64,000 nt of DNA from a virus: IMG/VR virus record IMGVR_UViG_3300036768_001340, positions 4,246 to 68,245 of that record; one strand, written 5' to 3'. Both the position numbers and the translations under genes were made by a program. The notes under the pieces were generated by a model. It saw only the letters and a program-made list of their open reading frames with translations, had not been told where the DNA came from and made no database searches. This document shows, in pieces, positions 37,963 through 44,538 of this stretch; the stretch's first letter is position 1; each line of letters starts with the position of its first letter.

Positions 37963-39291
37963 CTACACAGTCGCCAGACGGATAGATCCTCGAGATCCCC
38001 TCTGCACCGCATACTGAGAGATCGCACGTTCCAAACCGTTCCGCCAACCGTCGATCATCTCTTGCATCCCAAAGGTCTTCGAGGCCCACTCCCGAGCCTG
38101 CAGCCCGAGCCTCTTCCTCTCAGCACGACCCATCCTGAAGACTTTCTCTAGAGCAGCGGCGACGTCGTCGTCATTCACACGATCATCGTAGATGTAAGGC
38201 ACAGATTGGGAGCCGACTCGGTTACGCGCCACCGGAAACACCGGCTGGCCCCACCACCTATGAGTGGACCGACGCTGCCGAGCGATCTTCGTAAGCCTAT
38301 CTTGGTCACTAAAATCCTTCAGGTCCTGCCACCAGTCTCCGATCTGAAACTGCAACCCACCGGTCATGTTGACGACAATGGGAGTACCCGCATAGAGCGC
38401 CTCGAGCGTACCAAGACCGAACCCCTCGTTATTCGAGATGTTGATCACGCAGTCAGCGCAGTTATACATCACGTTCAGCTGCTCCGGCGGGACCCTCTGC
38501 TCTGAGAGGATGAAGAGGTCCTCGATGCCGAGCTGCTTTACGTTGGCCCGAACGTCCTGGCCCTCCTGGTCATCAGCCTGAGTGTGCATCAGGAGGGCGA
38601 CCTTCTGTCGACCGACCTTCTTGGCAAACCTGGCAAACGATTCGATAACGTCACCGGTCATCTTACGGCGAGCGTTTCGATTGTTCCACATCACGATGAA
38701 CTCTCGATCCGCAAATGGGCCGAAATTTTTTCGCCTAGTCTCTGTGATGATTGCCGGATCAAGCGGCTTGAACAGGTCTGCCGGCTCCGCGTGTGGCACG
38801 TATGCGTACCGTTCCTCCGGATAGTTTAGTCCCTGAAGGATTCCGTACGTCTTAAGAGAGAGCGTCATGATGAAGTCGGTGGCATTATAGATCGCCCGGT
38901 TGAACTCTGGGATCGGATCGTTATCCCAGACGTGCCAGTACACAATCGGGCAGACCGACCTAACCTCGTCCTCCATCTCCCAGACCCACTGGAAGAACCG
39001 TGGATCAGTGAAGAGGACGACAGCGTCAGGCCTCTCCTCTGCGAGGAACTTTCGAAGGAGCTCTTTGTTTCCATGCCCGTCGACAGGATGGATGATCCAG
39101 TTACCTTGGCCGAACTCCTCAGGAGCAACCATCTGCGGTCTGTAATCGGGATGCCTGATCGCACCTCCAAAGCAGATGAACTGATACTCACCGGTCTTCA
39201 AGAGACCACTGATGACGTACTTGGCCTGGATACCGACCCCTGAGGGGACAAGCGGGTGGTCAGACAACCACAGGATCTTCTTTCGAACCAT
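37963..39291 (-). CDS. Glycosyltransferase GT4
   Basis: ILWLSDHP..SGVG, NRNARRK, NEGFGLGTLEALYAGTP. Confidence 0.9.
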   Translation of the reverse strand: MVRKKILWLSDHPLVPSGVGIQAKYVISGLLKTGEYQFICFGGAIRHPDYRPQMVAPEEFGQGNWIIHPVDGHGNKELLRKFLAEERPDAVVLFTDPRFFQWVWEMEDEVRSVCPIVYWHVWDNDPIPEFNRAIYNATDFIMTLSLKTYGILQGLNYPEERYAYVPHAEPADLFKPLDPAIITETRRKNFGPFADREFIVMWNNRNARRKMTGDVIESFARFAKKVGRQKVALLMHTQADDQEGQDVRANVKQLGIEDLFILSEQRVPPEQLNVMYNCADCVINISNNEGFGLGTLEALYAGTPIVVNMTGGLQFQIGDWWQDLKDFSDQDRLTKIARQRRSTHRWWGQPVFPVARNRVGSQSVPYIYDDRVNDDDVAAALEKVFRMGRAERKRLGLQAREWASKTFGMQEMIDGWRNGLERAISQYAVQRGSRGSIRLATV

Positions 39292-39416
39292 TCCTCCGAA
39301 CCTTTTTCGAGATAAACCTTCGATGGATAAGAAGAGTCTCCCGATCCACCTGAGGTCTGATCTCTCAGGGAGGAAAATAAACGGGCATCTGACCCAGGGG
39401 AGCTCGTTCTACAGGT

Positions 39417-40310
39417 CTAACTACCTGCGGTGACTTCCGCAGACCCTGGACAGAGTTCGGTGCCCATCCAAGGACACTTTGTAGATCTTTTCTCCTTTGT
39501 GTCCTTATCGATCCATGAGCGAACGCAGGCTGCAAAGTTCTGCTCGTATGAATACGAGTGCATCGCCGTAATCGTTTTCTGCAGATAATCTAGGGCCCTC
39601 TCGATGGCCTTCGGTCCTGCACTGACCTTGACCACTTCAACAGAAAGATCTCCTTCCCTCGGCTTCTTCTTGAGGAGAATGAACGCGAGGCTGACGTTCT
39701 TCGGATCCGCTCCGGTCATCTTGCAGAAGAAGTGCTTGTACAGGAGAAGCTGGGAGATTACCTCGATGTCCTGAAACTTCTTCGCAGGCCATCCCCACTG
39801 ACAGGTCTTGAAATCCGCGATATAGATCACGGTCTTCCGCTTGAGCTTCTTGACGAAGACGATGTCGATGAATCCCTTAAAGTTGATCTGAAGACCGTCG
39901 GTCCTGAGGATCGGTTCAAGGAGCATCAGTTCGGACTTGAGGGTCGTGATCCCCTTCAGCTCCTCACACTCCATGCAGTCTGCATAGAACTTCGGGATGC
40001 AGTCCCTGATCCGATGAGCCTCGGCTCTATCTGAGGGATGGGTGAGGTCTAGTGTCTTCAATGCCTCATCGTACATCTCGAGGGCATGTTTCGATGCCTT
40101 CTCGACGGTCCCCTCAGGTCCGTAAAGGACCTCCATCCCAGAGTGAACTGCCCTTCCGAAGTCCATCTGGAACGACCGTTCTTCTACCTTGTGTCCCTGG
40201 ACGTTCTGGATGAACCACCTCCACGAGCATTCATGGAAGAGCCTTAGCTCAGAGAATGAGACCCTATCCCTTAGCTGCCCGTAGAGCGGAAGATGTATCC
40301 GCTTGGACAC
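39417..40310 (-). CDS. PD-(D/E)XK nuclease (AddB/Cas4-like, probable Fe-S)
   Basis: SFSEL..F.EC..RW, FG.AVH..ME, FKGFID..IADFKT, QL..Y, C-terminal C..CPW..LC. Confidence 0.85.
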   Translation of the reverse strand: MSKRIHLPLYGQLRDRVSFSELRLFHECSWRWFIQNVQGHKVEERSFQMDFGRAVHSGMEVLYGPEGTVEKASKHALEMYDEALKTLDLTHPSDRAEAHRIRDCIPKFYADCMECEELKGITTLKSELMLLEPILRTDGLQINFKGFIDIVFVKKLKRKTVIYIADFKTCQWGWPAKKFQDIEVISQLLLYKHFFCKMTGADPKNVSLAFILLKKKPREGDLSVEVVKVSAGPKAIERALDYLQKTITAMHSYSYEQNFAACVRSWIDKDTKEKRSTKCPWMGTELCPGSAEVTAGS

Positions 40311-40621
40311 TATGGCTTCAGAATAATCAGCTCTGTCTCAAGACCGTTCGGAAGGTGTCCCTTACGGGCTTCATCGGTGGCGAATCTCGCCTCCACGACA
40401 CCAGCGATCTGATAGATCCTTCCGTTTAGGAAGGCATAGTCCATTCCTGAAGGAATCTCCTTGAGCTTCTGTTCGAGGGCGACGATCCGCTCATTGGCCA
40501 TCTCAAGATCACTCCTGAGCTTGGCATTCTCGATCTTTAACTCCTTTGCCTCGTCTCGGGTCCTCGTTTCAGAAACCTTGACATCGGCTGACGCTTTTGT
40601 CTTGTCATTCTCAGTCGGCAT
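40310..40621 (-). CDS. Hypothetical coiled-coil protein
   Basis: ORF with heptad region; ATG at 40621 assumed as start. Confidence 0.6.
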   Translation of the reverse strand: MPTENDKTKASADVKVSETRTRDEAKELKIENAKLRSDLEMANERIVALEQKLKEIPSGMDYAFLNGRIYQIAGVVEARFATDEARKGHLPNGLETELIILKP

Positions 40622-40664
40622 GTCGGTTAGATACCACACGCGCTCTTATAGAAGACTGAAAGGA

Positions 40665-40808
40665 TTAACTTAAATAATTGAATTAACTTAAATAATTAAA
40701 TTAACTTAAATAATTGAATTAATTTAAATAATTAAATTAACTTAAATAATTAAATTAACTTAAATAATTAAATTAACTTAAATAATTAAATTAACTTAAA
40801 TAATTAAA
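40665..40808. repeat. Eight tandem copies of an 18-bp AT-rich unit (TTAACTTAAATAATTAAA), followed by an AT tract; origin-like
   Basis: Units start at 40665, 40683, 40701, 40719, 40737, 40755, 40773 and 40791 with single-base variants. Confidence 0.95.
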
Positions 40809-40859
40809 TTAATTATAATATATATATTAAATATATAGACTATTAGTTAGTAACAGAGG

Positions 40860-41082
40860 ATATGCGGTGTGACCAATTTTCTGTGGTCTGCTTGTGATCT
40901 AATGCCCCTCCTTCAGGAGGGCGGTCTGTTACCCTGCCTCAGATGACCTCGGGCCATCATCCCAGTTTTTGGGATGAACACCTACTCCTTTCAGGAGGTG
41001 ATCCCAGGATCCGGACAGCGTACGTTCTGGGGTGGCCAGATTAGTCTGAGATGTGTCTATCAGGTCGACTTGGCGGGAAACC
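40860..41082 (-). ncRNA. Structured non-coding segment (possible ncRNA) between the C39 gene and the AT-rich array
   Basis: Several hairpins: 40957-40977 (8 bp), 40904-40922, 40987-40999; no convincing ORF. Strand is inferred. Confidence 0.35.
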
Positions 41083-41532
41083 TTACTTCCCAATTGCGAT
41101 GGCGTAGAAGGGCTTCGATTCACTCGGGCACCTCCAGCGCTTGGAGAGGTTCGTCCGGGATGCCACGGTGAGACCGTTCTCGTCCATGTTCTTCTTGGTC
41201 CGCGCAGGGTCGAAGTAGATGACCTTGTCTCCTACGATTCCGATGACAGTGACCCAGTGGGTCCACTGGTCGAGACAGAGCACGACCGGCCTTCCGTCTA
41301 GGACGTTGGCCCGGACGAAGGCCCACGCTGCCGCTGTGTCTGCGGAATGGTGCGGTGTGGCGGTCCAACCGAGCTGCCGTGCGGCCTGGATGAGCTCCTC
41401 CTCGTCCGTCCCGTCTTCAGTGGTCCCTGCCTTGGCACGGATGGTCCGCTCAGAGACCTTTTGTCCAAGGACCAACCCCGCCGACCTCAGCGCCGCGGGA
41501 CCGCACGACCATGGTCTCTCCTGGTACCGCAC
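41083..41532 (-). CDS. Peptidase C39-like cysteine protease
   Basis: YQERPWSCGPAAL, GT..DGT, HWVTV.G, YFDPA. Confidence 0.8.
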   Translation of the reverse strand: MRYQERPWSCGPAALRSAGLVLGQKVSERTIRAKAGTTEDGTDEEELIQAARQLGWTATPHHSADTAAAWAFVRANVLDGRPVVLCLDQWTHWVTVIGIVGDKVIYFDPARTKKNMDENGLTVASRTNLSKRWRCPSESKPFYAIAIGK

Positions 41533-41540
41533 GGGATAAG

Positions 41541-41621
41541 TGGCACCTCTGACAGGAGTCGAACCTGCGTGTTATCTAATCACCGTTTCAATGACTTAGA
41601 ATGTCAGACGGGCGTTGAGGT
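41541..41621 (-). tRNA. Non-canonical tRNA-Arg(UCU)-like RNA lacking a D-arm at the normal position
   Basis: T-arm GCAGG-TTCGACT-CCTGT; encoded CCA; anticodon hairpin TGAC-ATTCTAA-GTCA; acceptor ACCTCAA/CAGAGGT (5 of 7 paired). Confidence 0.65.
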
Positions 41622-41630
41622 GAGAAGGTC

Positions 41631-42107
41631 TTAGATTCTCTTGAGGAATCCGAGGAGGGCGGCTGCCTCAACATCCGAGAACGATAGTAACGACTTCAGA
41701 CCACCGTGGACCTCTCTTGAGGTACGGTCCCGATCGAGTAGCTTCCTGAGGACGTCACGTTCTGCGGAGGTTACCTCAAGGTGTACGGATTCATCGTCGA
41801 TTTCTACTGGGAATAGATAGCCCTCGACGGTCTTACGTCGCGGGATCCTCTTGAGGAATCCGAGGAGGACGGCTGCTTCGGCATCCGAGAATGACAGTAA
41901 CGACTTCAAACCGCCGTTGACTTTTCCTGAGGTACTGTCCCAACCGAGTAGCTTCCTGAGGACGTCCCGTTCTACGGGGGTCACCTCAAGGCACACGGAG
42001 TCATCGTCGATTTCTACCGGGACCAGGTAGGCCTCGATGGTCTTGCGTTGTGGCTGGGGCTCAGATGGATTGCCCTCACCCTCGAAGTTGCTCTTCTTCG
42101 GCATTAT
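41631..42107 (-). CDS. Hypothetical protein made of a 70-aa tandem duplication
   Basis: 210-bp period (41641 vs 41851); start MPKKSN assumed. Confidence 0.7.
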   Translation of the reverse strand: MMPKKSNFEGEGNPSEPQPQRKTIEAYLVPVEIDDDSVCLEVTPVERDVLRKLLGWDSTSGKVNGGLKSLLSFSDAEAAVLLGFLKRIPRRKTVEGYLFPVEIDDESVHLEVTSAERDVLRKLLDRDRTSREVHGGLKSLLSFSDVEAAALLGFLKRI

Positions 42108-42175
42108 GGTACGTATGGTAGCTCTTTCGGGTGCACTCGTCGTCATACCACATGATCGTGATAGGATAGGATGAT

Positions 42176-42391
42176 ATGCAATCCATCATCTTCTTTACTG
42201 CCTGTAACGGTAACGAGTACGAGCTACAAGTTGAACACGATCCGATCGTATCCATTCCAATCTCCGTAAGGGAGTTATCCGACGGGACAGTTCGAGAAGT
42301 TGAAGGCGATCGACAGTGGGCCGATCTTCGGGAGATGACCCATGACCTTAAGACCGAGATCAAGAAGTGGTCCTCTGACGTCGGTAATTGA
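42176..42391 (+). CDS. Small hypothetical protein, antisense to the tRNA operon
   Basis: 71-aa ORF with AGGA upstream; plausible composition. Confidence 0.5.
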   Translation: MQSIIFFTACNGNEYELQVEHDPIVSIPISVRELSDGTVREVEGDRQWADLREMTHDLKTEIKKWSSDVGN

Positions 42392-42434
42392 TCGTTTGAA
42401 AACACGAGAACGGATCGCTGGGTGTGTTCATTTG

Positions 42435-42509
42435 TCGCGGTGGTCGGAATTGCACCGACGTAGTCGCGGGTTATGAGCCCGGATTGGAAATGCTAACATC
42501 CTCACCGCA
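42435..42509 (-). tRNA. tRNA-Met(CAU), initiator-like, atypical D- and T-loops
   Basis: CCGGG-CTCATAA-CCCGC with GGG/CCC pairs; acceptor TGCGGTG/CACCGCG; T-loop TGCAATT. Confidence 0.75.
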
Positions 42510-42544
42510 TGACGGATTATCCGAAGATATTCCGTGTTAGAAAG

Positions 42545-42621
42545 CGCCACTGGCAGGACTCGAACCTGCGTGAATCCGACTACCCTTTCTACAGCTTAGG
42601 AAACTGAGGGGATACAGTGGC
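42545..42621 (-). tRNA. Non-canonical tRNA-Arg(CCU)-like RNA lacking a D-arm at the normal position
   Basis: Perfect acceptor GCCACTG/CAGTGGC; T-arm GCAGG-TTCGAGT-CCTGC; anticodon hairpin CAGT-TTCCTAA-GCTG only 8 nt after the acceptor strand. Confidence 0.75.
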
Positions 42622-42691
42622 AAGTCGTGTCGAGGTTGAGCACAATAATAACGCAGCAAAATGAGCATTTGCCGCTGAAGTGGCCTAATCG

Positions 42692-42777
42692 TGCTTCCGC
42701 AGAGAGTCGAACTCTGACCGGGCGCCCATCTGGCCACGGGGTATAAACCCGCCTGCTCTACCGAGAGCTACGGAAGC
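42692..42777 (-). tRNA. tRNA-Ile(UAU) with long variable region
   Basis: GCTTCCG/CGGAAGC acceptor; GCGGG-TTTATAC-CCCGT; 19-nt variable region; CAGAG-TTCGACT-CTCTG. Confidence 0.85.
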
Positions 42778-42904
42778 TTTAGATTTGTCCTTAAGCGATT
42801 ATTCCGTATGATTTGATACAAATCGTATATCTTAAGCAACATTCCGTATCATACCATCTGCTGCCTCAACCAAGATCATCGCGTTCTTTCGGTTTGCTCA
42901 GAAG

Positions 42905-42979
42905 TGGTCGGTGTGCGCTCGGAGTTCGAACCGCCTGGCGGTCTCGAGTATCATGCTACCTCCCCGCTGGGAACACCGG
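42905..42979 (-). ncRNA. tRNA-sized CCA-ending RNA of irregular fold
   Basis: CGGTGT/ACACCG helix followed by ACCA; CGG-TTCGAACT-CCG T-like hairpin; GCGG/CCGC internal helix; lies between tRNAs. Confidence 0.55.
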
Positions 42980-43003
42980 TAAACTGTATTGTGCGTTCGT
43001 TAG

Positions 43004-43071
43004 CACACTGTCTGAGAATCGAACTCAGGAAGGGAGGATTTGGAGTCCTCCCAGGGCCCAGCCCCCGGTGT
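43004..43071 (-). tRNA. tRNA-Trp(CCA) with reduced D-arm and imperfect acceptor
   Basis: GAGGA-CTCCAAA-TCCTC; CTGAG-TTCGATT-CTCAG; D-arm only GGG-CTGGG-CCC. Confidence 0.7.
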
Positions 43072-43074
43072 ATA

Positions 43075-43150
43075 TGGTCGAGATGGCAGGAATCGAACCT
43101 GCTGCCTCACGCTCCCAAAGCGTGCGCCTCACCATGTCGGCCTCATCTCG
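43075..43150 (-). tRNA. tRNA-Pro(UGG)
   Basis: Canonical 76-nt cloverleaf; CACGC-TTTGGGA-GCGTG; encoded CCA. Confidence 0.95.
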
Positions 43151-43277
43151 TTGAGGGTTTGGAAATCTTTCTCTGAAGTCTCCGCCTTGAAAACATCATC
43201 ATCATCAGCAGATGGGAAATATGAGTGGTAGCGGATTATGATCTGTCAACTGTTTGGTACACATTATTAAGAGTTAG

Positions 43278-43347
43278 AGCCCGTAGTGGGTACGAATCCA
43301 CAACCTCCTGGGTACAAGCCAGGGCTCTACTTTTGAGCTATACGGGC
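43278..43347 (-). tRNA. tRNA-Thr(UGU), atypical T-arm
   Basis: GCCCGTA/TACGGGC; GCTC/GAGC D-stem; CCTGG-CTTGTAC-CCAGG. Confidence 0.85.
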
Positions 43348-43353
43348 GTTAAG

Positions 43354-43438
43354 TGGGTCTGGCAGGACTCGAACCTGCATATGGACGCAATGTCCCCCGA
43401 TTAAAAGTCGGGTGGTCAGCCTTTGACACCACAGACCC
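43354..43438 (-). tRNA. tRNA-Lys(UUU) with long variable arm
   Basis: GGGTCTG/CAGACCC; CCCGA-CTTTTAA-TCGGG; variable hairpin GGAC-ATTGC-GTCC; GCAGG-TTCGAGT-CCTGC. Confidence 0.85.
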
Positions 43439-43456
43439 CTGGGATATTGACATCTG

Positions 43457-43538
43457 TACGTGGAGTGGGAGTCGAACCCACACGATGATCAATCGGGGAG
43501 GTTTAAGCTCCCCACGTCTACCGTTCCGTCATCCACGC
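43457..43538 (-). tRNA. tRNA-Leu(UAA)
   Basis: GCGTGGA/TCCACGT; GGGAG-CTTAAAC-CTCCC; long variable arm; canonical T-arm. Confidence 0.9.
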
Positions 43539-43601
43539 GAAGAGGATAGAGATCACCCTCTATAAAAGAGATGCACGGTCTATTCTATTTTCAAAGTTCT
43601 G

Positions 43602-43685
43602 CGGGTCGTTGAGGATTCGAACCTCTGACTTTCGTCCTAACCGATTTTCAAGACCGGCGCTGGAACCCGTCCAGCTTAACGACCC
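43602..43685 (-). tRNA. tRNA-Ser(UGA) with 8/4 acceptor/T stems and 6-bp D-stem
   Basis: GGGTCGTT/AACGACCC (8 bp); GAGG-TTCGAAT-CCTC (4 bp); GCTGGA-CGGGT-TCCAGC; CCGGT-CTTGAAA-ATCGG; G discriminator. Confidence 0.85.
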
Positions 43686-43729
43686 AAATTGATAGCAAGA
43701 AGAATACTTCTTTGTCTTTTTAACGGTGG

Positions 43730-44263
43730 TCAGCTTACTAGACGTCGACCGTTGTTCTCCGCATGCGGTTTCTTCCTTTCCTCTTTGTGCTTCACCGCGT
43801 GGTCGGCCGCGTGTGACGCCGCCCATGCCTTTGGCTTCACAACTGCATTGAAGCCCTGTCCGATCACAAGGCCGACCAGCTCTTCCACATATCTCGATGA
43901 CCGATGTTTCGGATCGACGTTTACGTCGATGTGGATCGCGTCGACGTTGATCTTCATCCTATCTCCGATGTCTGGAGTCTCGGTCAGCTCCGCGGCTAGC
44001 TCGGTAGAGCGCCACGTCTCCTTCCAAAGCCTCTCTCTCAGTTCTCTGACCCTCGGGATAAGTTCGCGGTTGAAGATGACCCGACCACCCTTACCTGGGC
44101 GAATCAACGTCACGACAGTAACATATTCGGTGTGTTGACCTCTCTGTTGCGAGTCGGAGGCGATCGTTAGTTCTGCATCTGGAAATTCACGAAGCACTGC
44201 TTCGATGGACGACCGTAGGTCGACCTCTTCGCCAGCAAGCGTCTTCCACTTCTTCTCGATCAC
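43730..44263 (-). CDS. RNase H-like YkuK (DUF458) family protein
   Basis: IASDSQ..TEYVTVV..GKGGR..RERL..E..S.ELA..IHIDVN..VKP.AWAASHAAD. Confidence 0.8.
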   Translation of the reverse strand: MIEKKWKTLAGEEVDLRSSIEAVLREFPDAELTIASDSQQRGQHTEYVTVVTLIRPGKGGRVIFNRELIPRVRELRERLWKETWRSTELAAELTETPDIGDRMKINVDAIHIDVNVDPKHRSSRYVEELVGLVIGQGFNAVVKPKAWAASHAADHAVKHKEERKKPHAENNGRRLVS

Positions 44264-44294
44264 CGTGCCCTTTTACTGTAGAAAATAAAATATC

Positions 44295-44468
44295 CACTCC
44301 GGGTTACCCCCGGGCGGCCATAATACGACATTCCTCCCGGGGACTCAGTTCAAGCCAAGCGCGGCTTATCAGCGACAGGGTACTGGCCACCGCGCCCGGT
44401 GGTTCCAATGGGAAACCAGCCTGTGGTATCCAAAAATGCTTTGTCGCCTGAGTTCAGCATGGGAGCTA
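44295..44468 (-). ncRNA. Structured ncRNA candidate heading the tRNA operon (6S-like features)
   Basis: Nested helices CTCCC/GGGAG, ACTCAG/CTGAGT, ACAGG-CTGG/CCAG-CCTGT; internal hairpins; 3' GC hairpin plus T-rich tail; TATAAT just upstream. Confidence 0.5.
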
Positions 44469-44484
44469 CTCTAATACCTCGTTA

Positions 44485-44517
44485 ATTATAGTACAAGCGC
44501 CGATCTGACACAGTAAA
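44485..44517 (-). promoter_or_regulatory. Probable promoter of the ncRNA-YkuK-tRNA operon
   Basis: Minus strand TTTACT-N18-TACTATAAT (contains TATAAT). Confidence 0.45.
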
Positions 44518-44538
44518 TGATCGGAAGGGGGAGGGAAG

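Noticed and set aside
41541-41621. Amber suppressor tRNA (CUA read from TTCTAAG)
   Set aside because: The paired stem TGAC/GTCA frames the loop ATTCTAA with anticodon UCU, matching the CCU paralogue; the CUA register does not pair.
43602-43685. tRNA-Sec / opal suppressor explaining the TGA at 11201
   Set aside because: The anticodon is UGA (reads UCA Ser), not UCA; no Sec machinery is visible.
44364-44440. SAM-I riboswitch on the plus strand (CTTATC...AGGGTACTGGCC...AACC...GGT)
   Set aside because: No 3' GATAAG/GATGAG strand to close P1 and no intact core; the resemblance is partial.
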